From: Octopus sinensis
Lineage: Eukaryota
Assembly (NCBI RefSeq): GCF_006345805.1
Contig: NC_043002.1
Coordinates: 23,932,001-23,996,000, forward strand
Direction: 5' to 3'
DNA length: 64,000 nucleotides
This document shows positions 39,618 to 52,319 of this stretch, piece after piece. A model generated the notes under the pieces. The model searched no databases and was not told the origin of the DNA. It worked only from the letters and a program-made list of their open reading frames with translations. The translations under genes were made by a program, and so were the position numbers. Numbering within the stretch: the first letter of the stretch is position 1; every line of letters starts with the position of its first letter.

Positions 39618-40725
39618 GCGTATATCCATGTGTATGTGCCTCTGTGTATAAGTATATATATATAGGCATATATATATATATATATATATGAGATGAGTGT
39701 ATATTTCTATATCTACATGTGTGTATGCGTGTATACATGTGTATGTATGTATGTAAATATGTATGTAGCTGTGTGTTTGTGTTTATGTATGGGTGTATAT
39801 GTTTTCCAGGTTATATGTCACATTCAGTCAATGATGTTGAATGTATGAACTGCAGCAGAAGATTTATCAACATTAACCAATAACAGCAACAGCAGCAGCA
39901 GCAGTACCACCATCACCACCACCACCATCAACATCAGTAGTAGTAGTACCAACAGTGTCTACTGCACTGCTGCTGATGACAGCAACACTGCAGTAGTGAG
40001 TCTGCATACAGTAGTTGTGATGACGGTTTTAGGTTTTGTTGTAGTTCCAATCCACCAAGTCTGTGTTTACCAACTTTTTTGTCATGACCCCACTGCCTCT
40101 CCTGTATTCAAGACAGTAGAGTGTAATTTGTGGGAGATTTGGCTGCTATTTTTTGCTGGTCTCTAATTTGCGGCTTTAGATTCTATTGCTAGTTTACCCA
40201 CAGGTCGGACTTCATTGGGTAGGCCTATGATAAAACGTAGTGCATCCAGGTTCATCCCATCCATATATTTATTAAGGTCCTATGTGTCTATGTCACAGTA
40301 CCCTGTGTGTTCTCCCCACTTTAAGATAATGGAGCATCCTTTGAAAGAGATTTGGCTTCTATTTTTAGCAGGTCGATTTTAACAGAGGGGTTCCATAATC
40401 GATTGTAGGAATAAGTTGCTTGTCATCCTTGGTTACACTGATAGCTAGGACAATGGTACACAAAAGTACAAATGGCAGTTGATTAGATATGCATGTCTCT
40501 CAACTCTAGCTATTAGGGATCGTCCTGCTGTTGTTTAGCCCCCAAAATATACGGCCTATAATTCTAGACACCCAACAGTGACCATCTTGTCTTTTTAGGG
40601 GTAGCTAGGACTATGTTATTTTATATGCACTTTGCATTTTTAACAAGGCAGTGTGAGATGAGAAGGAAATTTGGCTGCTATTTATAGCTACTCAAGCAAC
40701 CACACAGAGGCTCCTTTGTTGATGA
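39045..40725. repeat. Cluster of an unclassified interspersed repeat, interleaved with microsatellites
   Basis: TTGTTTAGCCCC...GATTTGGCTGCTATTT(T/C)TAGCAGGTC motif at about 39150, 40140, 40350 and 40670. Also at about 43205 and reversed at about 38315. Confidence 0.65.
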
Positions 40726-40980
40726 CAGAAATGAAATACTATGACATTCATGCTATCATAAGATTTAGCACTGAAATCATGTGATTACTTGTGTGTTTCT
40801 CTATTTTAAAAACAATATGTATAATTAGTCTGATGACGAGGAATTGATACTTTTGTCAGACTGAATAGCCATATAACCATATCAAACAGGCTCACCAGCT
40901 GCATACATAACAAAATGAGCACCTACATAGCTACCTCAAGCAGACTGAGCAGCTGCAGAGACAATAGAGTGAGCAGTACA

Positions 40981-41495
40981 TACCGTAAATCCTTGAGTAT
41001 AGTCCGCCCTTGAGTATAATACACAGGGGATTTTTAGGGGGCTGTACCTCTGAAAAACCTAAACCTTGTGTATAATATGAACCTTTCTCTAACTTGAGTC
41101 AAGGAGGTCTATATAACGTCCTTGGTTTGTAAAAATGTATAGGATAACATCCTTTATTATTATTGTATATATAACATAATGCAAACGTGTAGCTTTTTTG
41201 TTCATTTTCTTTGCAGAAAATAGAGAAATAACAGTAATAAATTTTAATAAATGTTGCTTACTGCAAGTTATGGATGATTCTTTTATGACTTAATTGCTTT
41301 CAGGCTTAGCCTAAGGTATTTTCGTGGCCAACATTACAAAATGCGTCTGAATAAGCATTGCTTGACAGCAAATAGAGACTTGAACATTGCTTAGAAAATA
41401 ATTTTCACTTTTAACCTCGTGTATAATATGCACAAGGGATTTTGACCTTTAAATTTGGGGAAAAAAATGTGGATTATACTCGAGAATTTATGGTA
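40981..41495. mobile_element. Tc2/pogo-like MITE
   Basis: TA-CCGTAAATCCTTGAGTATA ... TATACTCGAGAATTTATGG-TA terminal inverted repeats with TA duplication. Confidence 0.85.
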
Positions 41496-41513
41496 GATAA
41501 CAAATTGAGCAAC

Positions 41514-41737
41514 TATGAGGGGTGCTGAAAAGTTCTTGGCTTTAAGGGTATCATGAGAAGCCTAGTTGCAGGCCCATCCTTTCGAGTTCTTTTACAGGGC
41601 TTAGAAAAACTCAATGATCGCTGCAATAAGTGTGAATCTGAGACTGAGAGGGAAACATGTTGAATAAAATCATAATTAACTGATCCTCTTGTATTTTCTT
41701 TTACCCAAAGCCAAGAACTTTTTAGCAGCTCCTTGTA
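41514..41737 (+). mobile_element. Mariner-derived MITE
   Basis: TA-TGAGGGGTGCTGAAAAGTTCTTGGCTTT ... AAAGCCAAGAACTTTTTAGCAGCTCCTTG-TA. Retains transposase C-terminus FFLQGLEKLNDRCNKC. Confidence 0.85.
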
Positions 41738-42485
41738 TACATATAATAAACTGAACAGCTACATATGTGACAGATTTGAATAACTATTTCATTAAACAGA
41801 TGCAGTGATGCTTCTAAAAGACTGAGCAGCTACTTAAATAATGGGTTGACCAGTCTCGTAAATAACAAGCTGAGTATCTACTTAGTAGTCACTGAGCAGA
41901 TACATAAGTAACAAACTGAGCGGTCACATAGGTAATCAACTGACCAGTTACACAGGTAACATACTGAGGAGCTCCATAGATAACTGACTGAGTAATTTGA
42001 CAACAGACTGAGCAATTACATTGAAAATAGACTGGGCTGCACATGAAATAATAGACTGCATCACCGCATTGATAACAGACTGAGTAGCCACATAGATACA
42101 GATTTAACTGTTATAATGATAACAGACTGGGCATCAACACTAATAATTGACTGAGCAGGTACATACATCACAGGATTAGCAGTCAGATAACTTAGTGAGC
42201 AACCGCATAGAGAACAGACTGAGCATCACAAAAATAATGGTCTGAATAGCTACATAGATGACAGACTGTGCAGCCACATAAACAGTACAGTGGGTAATAA
42301 TTTAGATAGATTGAACAGACACACAAATACCTCAAGGAAAGTGAGAAGCCACACAAATAACAGATTGAGCAGTTGCATCAGGTAACGGACTCAGCAGCTA
42401 CATAAATTAGATACTGAGTGCTACATAGATAACAAACTGAGCTACATTGATAACTTACAGAGCAGCCCTATATATTAGATACTGA

Positions 42486-42717
42486 AGGCGGTGAGCTGGC
42501 AGAAATGTTAGCACGCCGGGTGAAATGCGTAGCCGTATTTCGTCTGCCGTTACATTCTGAGTTCAAATTCCGCCGAGGTCGACTTTGCCTTTCATCCTTT
42601 CAGGGTCGATAAATAAAGTACCACTTATGCACTGGGGTCGATGTAATCGACTTAATCCCTTTGTCTGTCCTTGTTTGTCCCCTCTATGTTTAGCCCTTTG
42701 TGGGCAGTAAAGAAATA
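42486..42717 (+). mobile_element. Young family C SINE with 17-bp target-site duplication
   Basis: TATATATTAGATACTGA at 42469-42485 and 42718-42734; many CpGs retained. Confidence 0.95.
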
Positions 42718-44004
42718 TATATATTAGATACTGAGTAGCTACATTTATAGTAAGGTGAGTAGCTACAAAGTTAACTGAGCAACTACAAAGCCAACAGACT
42801 GAGTAGCTACATAGATAAGAGTGAACGACTACATAGATAAAAGACTGAGCAGTCACTATAACAAGCTTTCTCATTACCTCACCTGTTGTATTGTTTACAG
42901 AAATAGGGTTGTTGTTATTGTTGGTGGTGATGGTTGTGTCTATAAAGTTATCAATGTTGTTTAGTGCAGGTCAGTGTCAATTCCAGCCATGAACTTCCCA
43001 TTTTTTCCAGGTACCCTGTATATTCGTTCTTACTCTATGGTAGAGTGATTTAAGGGAGACTTAGGTGTTGTACAAGAAGGCAGAGGGACAACATAGAGGT
43101 TCTCAGACTGGCTCGTTATTATTAAGTTGTTTAATTATTTTGGTCAATATCGAAGACTTCAGATTCTTTTCCCTTTATTAAGACAGTGAGATGTAATATA
43201 AGGTAGATTTGGTTGTTATTTCTTGCATATCGAACAACCACACACAGGCTGCTTCATTAGCTTTTTATAGATAGCGTTGTTGTTGTTGTTGCAGCTGCTG
43301 CTGTTGTTGTTGTAGTTGTTAAGTATCTCCTAATTAGTTTTGCTTCAGCAAAACTAAGAACAGAAAAAGCCAATCAAACCAGCAACACAGGTCAGTCAAC
43401 CCAGGTCTAAGAAGTCCAGTTTGGGTCAAGTATAGTAATATCCTGTCTATGGACATTACACTATTATTGCAGGGTATGTGGTCAAGATATTTAATGGTGG
43501 TTAGGCACATTGCCAAGTGTGATTAAGAGGTTAAGAAGTTCAATTCACAATCAAGTGCCTCCAAGTTTGAACCTAGTGTGCGACACCTTGAGGAAACATT
43601 TCCTAATGTGGTCCCAGTTGACCAATTACTTCAGGGTATAGAATATTTCCTACATACACACACAAATGTATGTCCATAGATGTTTTTGCAGAATATTGGT
43701 AATGAATGACATTTATTTACCCTAATCACAAGATGTCATGTCAAAAAGATACACATACATACACCCACATATACACACACGCATGCACACACATGCACAC
43801 ACAAGCATCCCCACACACAAACATGACAGGGTTCTTTCAGATTCTGCTTACCAAATCCACTCATAAGGTTTTGGTTGACCTGTGTCTAGAACAAAAGACA
43901 CTTTCGCTCAAAGTTTCTCTGTAGTGGGACTGAAACTGGGACCATTTGGTTGGGAAGCAAACTTCTTTATGTACGCATATATGTATACATATATGCATAT
44001 ATAT

Positions 44005-44064
<60 letters not shown>

Positions 44065-44152
44065 TATTTATATTATTTGATTGAACACCACGCATCCATT
44101 TCCAAGTAATTTATCTTAATATATTTGATGCAACTATATCCTTTACTGCTTT

Positions 44153-44411
44153 CTCCAGCCTTCATCAGGTGTCTTGGGGAAATTTCAAACCTAGGTCTCA
44201 TTCCTAAGGTATTTTTCAATGTTATTATTATTATTTTTATTATTATTAGTATTAGCATTATTGTTGTTGTTGTTGTTCAGGTCACTGCTTGGAATTGAAC
44301 TTGGAATCTTGGGGCTAGTAGCCCGCGCTCTCAACCACTACGCCATATGCCTGTCAAATGTAAATAATGTAAATAATGTACATAATTCCTCATCTCTTAA
44401 ATATAGAACTG
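44153..44411 (-). mobile_element. tRNA-headed element with hammerhead-containing tail and inverted 5' tail copy
   Basis: Minus strand: A box TGGCGTAGTGG, B box GTTCAATTCC, (AAC/AAT)n, then ACAC-CTGATGA-AGGCTG (truncated). 44352-44411 is the inverted match of the tail at 63328-63378. Confidence 0.75.
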
Positions 44412-44748
44412 GAATTTTTATGTATTTTACATTTTAATTCATAACTCATAAACTTAAGCTGAAGAGGAACTGTCTTTGTAACTCATAAGCTTATACTGAA
44501 AAGAAACAATATCAGTGCAATATACATGGTAAGGCATCCATGTATAATAGTTATCAGGAGACACATTGAGAAACTATGTGACTGCAATATTTGGAGTAAA
44601 GTTTTCAAAAGTAATTCTAGTCTAAAGATGCATAAAAGTATTCACACAAGAGAGAAACCATTCCACCATGATGTTTGTGGTAAGGATTTCAAAAGTAATT
44701 TTAACCTAAATATGTATAAATTGATTCATATAGGCATAAGAGACCATT

Positions 44749-45427
44749 TGTGGAGGCACATGGCTTAGTGGTAAGGATTTTGGCCTCATGATCGCAAGAT
44801 TGTGGTTTTGATTCCTGGACTGGGCAACATGTTGTGTTTTTGAGCAAAAAAATTCACTTCACGTTGCTCCGTTCCATTTAGCTGGCAAAAATGAATAATC
44901 CTGTAACGGACCAATGTCCCATCCAAGTGGGAAATCTATAGCCCAGGTAACCAGAAAACCAGCCCTTATGAGTCAGTATGACACGAGAAGGTAACTTTAC
45001 TTTTTTTTTTAAGAGGTGCAGGAGTGGCTGTGTGGTAAGTAGCTTGCTTACCAAACATATGGTTCCAGGTTCAGTCCCACTGTGTGGCACCTTGGGCAAG
45101 TATCTTCTACTATAGCCTCGGGCTGACCAAAGCCTTGTGAGTGGATTTGGTAGATGGAAACTGAAAGAAGCCCGTTGTATATATGTATATATATGTGTGT
45201 GTGTGTATGTTTGCATGTCCATGTTTGTCCCCCTAGCATTGCTTGACAACTGATGCTAGTGTATTTATGTCCCTGTAACTTAGTGGTTCAGCAAAAGAGA
45301 CCGATAGAATAAGCACTAGGCTTACAAAGAATGAGTCCAGGGGTCGATTTGCTTGACTAAAGGCAGTGCTCCAGCATGGCTGCAGTCAAATGATTGAAAC
45401 AAGTAAAGAGTAAAGAGTAAAAGAGTA
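44749..45427 (+). mobile_element. Family B-type SINE followed by family A SINE, inserted in a finger linker
   Basis: B-type about 44750-45000, A about 45013-45427. AGACCATT flanks the pair (44741-44748, 45428-45435). Confidence 0.9.
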
Positions 45428-46107
45428 AGACCATTCTATTGTGAAATCTGTGGTAAAACTTTTGCAAGTAATGCTTTAATAAAGCAATCAATTATTAATA
45501 TAATGGGATTCAAACCCTGACTACGAAATAAACAGATTGTGAATGTGACTATACCTTTACAGTTTCACATGATTGATCTACAAACTGACCGGTCAGAGTG
45601 AAGCTGTGATGTGATATGGTTTTTTCAAATATTCTAGCTTTGCACCCTTTTACCCTAGTTAAACACTTTGGAGCTTAACTCATAGCAGACCACAGCTAAC
45701 CTTCAATCAAGACAGATCAGAGCAGCCTACTGCTAACCTTCTAACAAGACATCATGGTTCTTTTCTCCAAGCTTTAACAATGTGCAGCAGTTTTGTATCT
45801 ACATTTTTCTTTTCCAAGTAGCTAATGTCTAAGCTAAATCAGTCAATTTATTACTACTCACTAATCTGATAACATGTGAATCTGTGATAATTTGTGCATT
45901 TATATGCACAGCTTTCTATCAATAAAATATGGTTGAACATTTGTAAGTTTGCCTTATTTATAATACATGCTGCCAGCATTATTTTTCATTCAATTTAAGG
46001 ACACAACATCCTTCTTTCTGGTGACCAACCACATGAAGTTGGTCTTCAGCAAACACACAAATATACAAGCTCATGACAAGTAGCTGATACTGGAAATAGG
46101 ATATACA

Positions 46108-46430
46108 AACACCCACAAGGTTATCAACCACCTCACCAACAACAACACTGAACACCTTTTTGATCTCCATGTATCTAACACACGTGGACATGCCTACAAA
46201 GTCAGAAAACAACACAGCTCCCATGACTTTCGGAAACATTTTTTCACGCTCAGAGTTGCTGAAGCATGGAATAAACTGCCTGCGTCAGTTGTTGACTGCC
46301 ATGACACTGCATCCTTTAAGGCCCTCATGCTTTCCGAAATCCGCCGAAACTACACCTGATTATATATACACTTTAGATGAGTTGTAGTGCACCTGAGCAC
46401 TGTACACAATTATTATTATTATTATTATTA
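46108..46430 (+). mobile_element. CR1-type LINE 3' end
   Basis: SNTRGHAYKVRKQHSSHDFRKHFFTLRVAEAWNKLPASVV...SFK, followed by a (TTA)n tail. Confidence 0.9.
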
Positions 46431-47940
46431 AATGTGATGTTTGTGAAAAGCATTCTCAGGAAAAACAAGTTTAACTACACATGACATGATTCACACAGGT
46501 AAGAAGACGTTCAACTGTGAAATTTGTGATTTAACTTAATAAAATAATCGTGCATTAAAATGGTTCATGCTGGAGAAAAGCAATATTGTGGTGATATCTG
46601 GGGTAAAACATTCTCATACAATAGTGTTTTAAAGTAGTATAAATTGGTTCATACATGAGAAAAAAATGAACATGTAACATTTGTGTTAAAGCATTTTCAG
46701 TAAAATGTGCATTGAATTTCGAATAAAAGTGTTCACACTGAAGAGAGACCCTACCACTAAGAAATTTGTGATTAAGCTTTTCAAAAGGGGTCATTTTAAC
46801 AAACATGTATTAATACATTCAGCCCAACAACTGTGAAACCTGTGTGAAAACTTTCTCATGTATTGCTATATTAAAGCAACATTTAGTGCTTCATTCTGGA
46901 GATAAATTATACAAATGTCACTGTGGTGACAAAGCATTCTGGAGAAAAACTAGCTTGACTTATGAAATGATTCACACAGGAAGAAAAACTATTCCACTGA
47001 TATATTTGTGGTAAAACCTCATCAAGAAATAATGGATTAAAGTGACATGTAGTAATCCATATTAGAGTCAAAAACTACAAATATGACATTTGTGACAAAG
47101 CCTTCACAAGAACTGCTGCCTTAGCAAAGCAAAATATTATTCATAATGGAGAGAAACCATATCAGTGTGAAATCTGGTAAAAACTTTCTGAAGAGATTTT
47201 AAATATCAAATATATTAGAGTTCTGATTGTCTGCTGATTTACTAATTTCCTATTGGATCTTTAACAGTGTATCAGTTATTTGAACTACATGTACAGTATT
47301 GAGTTATTATCCTCCTACACATAATGTAACATCACCTCCATAATGGTACTTGGATCTTGCACTTTGTTACATTTCTCTCTGGCCTTTGTTGTAATGACCT
47401 TAAGGCTTTCATGCTCGTCTTAGTGGTATTGACCTTGTTACTATTGTTACTTCACATACTAACTTGAAGGGAACCCATCTAAAATATGTGCACTCAGAGT
47501 AAACCCATGTTGATATAATATAAATTTTCTAGGATAATGAGTAGAGATACATGAAGTTTCCTATGCCATAGAGAAAGCAACCTGCCTTAATACAGTTACT
47601 GTAATAGAAATAGATTTGAGAGAGAAGGAGCACTTGTTTCTACTAGATAATGTATCTTCCTCCAACATATAGCTAATAGAGAGAGAGAGAGAGTGTGTGT
47701 GCGTGTATACATGTTTGCTCATGTGCTCATATGCACATGTTTATCTCTTTATTTGTTTCCATTTCCACTTCTCTGAAAATCGCTGAGCTGTAAGTGGTGA
47801 TGTTGCAATAATTTACCCCATCAGCAAATCATTCACCAGCCTTGTGTCTTTGAAGATGATTCCTCATTTGAAAAATAAGAGTTAACATCCATCTGTAAAA
47901 CAAAATGGAGACAATACCTCAAAAGTATACTCCTCTAACT

Positions 47941-49050
47941 CAGTGGTTCTGAAATATTTTCAGGTTGCTCACCCTTGGCTCCCAAGAAATGTCCCTTAAT
48001 GCTCCACACATACATACAAGCATACACCTCTTTCTTTTGCAAATTCAAAACAACCATATTCACAAATAAAACTTGAACTGCTAAACCCATTTATTTTGCC
48101 AGTTTTACAATATGAAATAATAAATCTATATTTCACCTGTAATTAAATTATTTTCACATTGTTAATGGGTTGGAAGTACTTGGTAGCTTCTTGACATCAG
48201 GCTGAAAATGTACTTATAAGTAATCTTAGATTCAATAATTTTTAATTAGTTTCTTTGCTTTGAAGGCAGTCAGGTAACTATGCACACACTGCTAAATGTG
48301 ATATTGGGAAGGCAATAAAGTACATTTTGACTTTGTTCTGCAGTGCAGAGAAGCAGTAAGAAATGTGACTTTTTTTTTTGGTAACTAAAAATTTTTATAT
48401 GATCTTTTAAAACTTTAGTCTCAGTTCAATATCATTTTGAAGTGAAACCAGTTCTTTCTCCACTATTCCTGAAATCTGCCAGATATGTCTCTGAAATCTG
48501 CCAGATCCTGAAATCTGCCAGATATGTCTCTGCAGCTCATCCACATGTGAATAATACATTTGAAGGTCATCTACTATTGTCTTCTTTTCCTTCTCCAGTT
48601 CAGAGAGATTTGGAAAATGGAAGAATTCACAACGGCTTATATTATTGTTTGAATAACTGAAATTTGGATAGACACATGGAGAGGATAAATTTTTCTTTGA
48701 TAAGGTTTAATCTCATTTCCTTGAAGTTGCAAATTAACTTCATTAAACTTTGTAAATGCAACTGCCATGTAAGCAATGTTATGCTTGGTGTTTCCTACTT
48801 CATCACAGAGAACAAATTAGAATCTTGGAAGAATTCAATGGCTGTTTTAAAAATGAACAGAAACACCTCAAGCAGTTTCCCTTTGATGACCATTGAACTT
48901 TTGAGAGTAACAACAAATGTTCACAAACTCTTAATCCTTTTCAATGCAGATCTGAAATAGTCATGAACTGAGATCATGTAACTTGATTTTATTTATTGTT
49001 GTGAAAATAGTGCGCTAAAAATACACCAGGTATTTTCCAATAAACTGGTA
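47941..49050 (-). mobile_element. hAT (Buster/Charlie-type) transposon remnant
   Basis: CAGTGGTTCT terminus at 47941. Minus-strand KVQWSSKGNCLR (cf. VRWLSKG) and KVKMYFIAFP...SKQRN. Small tandem duplication at 48467-48532. Confidence 0.7.
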
Positions 49051-49309
49051 AAACTATAATATATATATATATATATTGTCTACTTTTCCATGCTTGCATA
49101 GTCAGATGGAATTCATTGAGGTAGATTTTCTATGGATGGATGCCCAAACCTCACCTGTTTCCAAGTAAGATAATATTTCCCTTTGGCTAGACATATTTTC
49201 ACAGAAGATTAATAATGAATGACACCAAAGTGCTCATACTCAAATACATCATATATCATCCTCACCATCATCAAAATTTAATGTCCATGTTCCAAGCTGG
49301 CAGGGAATG

Positions 49310-49585
49310 TGGAGGCACATGGCCTAGTGGTTAGGGCAGCGGATTCAAATCTCAGATTGGGCGATGTGTATGTTTATGAGCAAAACACCTTAGCTCCATG
49401 CGGCTCCAGCAGAAGGTAATGGCAAACATCTGTTGACTCTTTCGCCACAACTTTCTCTTACTCTTTCCTCCTGCATCTAGCAGCTCACCTGCGACGGACC
49501 GGTGTCCCATCCAGGTGGGGAACCTATACGCCAAGGAAACTGGGAAACCGGCCCTTATGAGCCAGGCATGGCTCAAGAAGGAATA
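49310..49585 (+). mobile_element. Family B-type SINE nested in an RTE-tailed element
   Basis: GGAGGCACATGGCCTAGTGGTTAG head. AAGCTGGCAGGGAATG duplicated on both sides (about 49294 and 49591). Confidence 0.85.
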
Positions 49586-49914
49586 AACATAAGCTGGCAG
49601 GGAATGATGGATGAGTTGGCAGGTTCTGATTGGTCTATGGACTGCATCATGCTCCAGTGTCTGATTTGGCATGGTTTCTACAGCTAGATGTCCTTCCTAT
49701 TACCAACCTCATTACAATGCATTTTGGGTGCATTATTTGAGGTTTCATGGGTGTGAACACATTCACATCATCTGATACTTCTTACATCTGATGGTGTAGA
49801 CATGTTCTATGTCCATAAAACTTTGAGTAAGATAGAGTCAAGTGTTATTACATACATATATCATATAATATCAGCTAAATGTGACGTGTAGTCCTTCCTT
49901 TCATTTGTTCACTC

Positions 49915-50280
49915 ACATGTGCACACACACACACACACACGCACACACATTCACGTACACACACACAGATATATGTTAGCAAGGCACACATGGCCCTTAA
50001 GAACCACCGAATGTATTTAATCTTTACATACATAAATATATATAATACAATATAACACACACACACAAACACACACACTCATACACACACATATGTATCT
50101 GTGTGCTTGTGAATATATGTATGTATGTGTGTATGTATGTATCTGTATACATACGTACATACATATATACATACATACATATATACACACACACATACAT
50201 ACATACACACATACATACATACATACATACATACATACATACATACATACATACATACATACTTACATACATACACATAT

Positions 50281-50313
<33 letters not shown>

Positions 50314-50365
50314 TACATACATACATACATACATACATACATACATAAATACATATGTATATAAT

Positions 50366-50421
<56 letters not shown>

Positions 50422-51753
50422 TGACAGAAAGAAAGAGTAAGCTAATTACATAAAGCACCTTCCTGGCTAGCAGAAGCAAGAGCTAGGTGAATGAATGAGC
50501 GAGTAAAGGAATGAATGAACCAGCAGTACACAACGGGATATCATTAAGGAAATTTGTTAGAAGCATGTGATGTGATCGTACCTTAAATAGAGTAGAATAT
50601 GTAGAAGAGACGATGAACAAAAAAATACTAGATCAATATTTTTCTTTCTTCATTTATGCTGCTATTTCTCTTCTCTATTATTCTTGTTTTTTTATTTTTT
50701 CCTGCTTTTTTTTCCTACAGTTTTATGACTTGTTTTTTTTTTTATCATTTTGGAAAGAAATATATATGTAAAAGGTTTAAGTGGAGCTGAAATGCCTTTC
50801 ATGAAAAAAAAATCTGTTCCCTACTCTTCACTCCCTGCATCTGTTTCTTTTGCCCTCTTCTCGGTATCTTGATATATATTGTGTCTAGTCTGCCTTCTTT
50901 TGATAGTATGCATTCCGCATTTTCAAGCCTCGTATGAAGTAAACCCATCTCAGTAGATATATATGTATATATATATATATATAACATATATATATATGTG
51001 TGTGTGTATGTATGTATATATGTGTGTGTATATATATGCATACATGAGTGTGTGTCTGTCTGTATAGGTATGTATGTACATACATACATACATCTATATA
51101 TATATATATACACACACACATATATATATATATATATACATCTATATATATACACACATATATATATACATATATATTATACAAATATATATATATTATA
51201 TGTTTATGTCTGTATACATGCATGTATGCATGTATGTGTGTGTGTATGTATGTATGTATGTATGTATGTATGTATGTATGTCTTGGGCCCTCCACTCCTG
51301 ATGGAGTCATAAAATGCAGCACGCCTTGGGCATTATAAAATCTGACGAAGCCCTTCACTCTCCTGATCTAACCTAAGCTGATTTCTTCTATAGAGAATAA
51401 AATGAAAGGAAGCAAAAAGATATATATAGAGGAGAAAGAGAGAGAGAAAGAGAGAGACAGACAGATAGAGAGAGACAGACAGACACACACACACACATGC
51501 GCACACATGCAGACACACACACACACAAAGATGAGTAGAAGAGGAGAAATATTACCCGCTGTACTGAACTGGTGCTATGTTTATTAACTTTGAAAGAATG
51601 ATAGGTAAACTTGGCTCCAATAGGATTTGAACTCTTAGTAGTCAAAAAGAAAACCACAAGGCATTCAATACAGCATTTCAGTTATTGTGCCCCTAAACCT
51701 ATATGTATGCTCATTTATGTATATGTGTATGTTTCTACTTTTGTATGTATATA

Positions 51754-51804
<51 letters not shown>

Positions 51805-51899
51805 AATATATATATATTATACATACATATATTATACGTACATGCATGCATACATACTTACATACATACATACATATATATACACATACATACATACAT

Positions 51900-51981
<82 letters not shown>

Positions 51982-52085
51982 AGTGACATACATTCATTTA
52001 CATCCTAATGGATGGAGAGTTCATTACAGACTGAATAGCAGCATGTGTGTGTGTGTGTGTGTTGTGTGTGTGTGTGAGCATGTGT
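49915..52085. repeat. Dense microsatellite field ((CA)n, (TACA)n, (TA)n, (GA)n) with short unique spacers
   Basis: Directly visible. Confidence 0.95.
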
Positions 52086-52319
52086 GTCTTTGGATTCTAT
52101 TCTAAAAATTGCTAGAAGTTAAACGATGACCATAGTGGGCAATGGCTAGTTGCAGTCCTGAAGAACCAGGTCATACTACTATTCACCCTTAATGGAATTT
52201 TGATCATTATTTTTTAGAGGATAGCTGCTACTCTTCTCTCTACTCACTTGTCAAAAGAATAAAAAAAATAAAATATATAAATAAAAATATTTTATATTAC
52301 ATTATTTAAATTATGTCCT

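Larger units (their letters stand above)
40856..42860. repeat. Degenerate 25-bp minisatellite (consensus ACAGACTGAGCAGCTACATAGATAA) with three insertions
   Basis: ACTGAGCAGCTACATA variants recur at about 25-nt spacing before, between and after the inserted elements. Confidence 0.85.
44500..47190 (+). pseudogene. Decayed tandem C2H2 zinc-finger array interrupted by SINEs and a LINE fragment
   Basis: CNIWSKVFKSNSSLKMHKSIHTREKPF, CGKDF, PFYCEICGKTF, IHTGKKTFNCEIC, HAGEKQ, HSGDKLYKC, ICDKAFT...HNGEKPYQCEI. Roughly a dozen or more finger remnants with stops and frameshifts at about 44500-44748, 45428-45500 and 46430-47190. Confidence 0.85.

Noticed and set aside
39810-39996. Plus-strand coding exon after TTTTCCAG
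   Set aside because: Stops in all three frames before the putative donor; mostly triplet repeats.
40856-42860. CRISPR-like array
   Set aside because: Contiguous degenerate 25-bp units without unique spacers, no cas genes, eukaryotic context.
44280-44351. Genuine tRNA gene
   Set aside because: Acceptor stem does not close and the anticodon loop is abnormal; treated as a SINE head, like the other A/B-box hits.
49875-52008. Many YIHT/MYVC ORFs
   Set aside because: Microsatellite translations.
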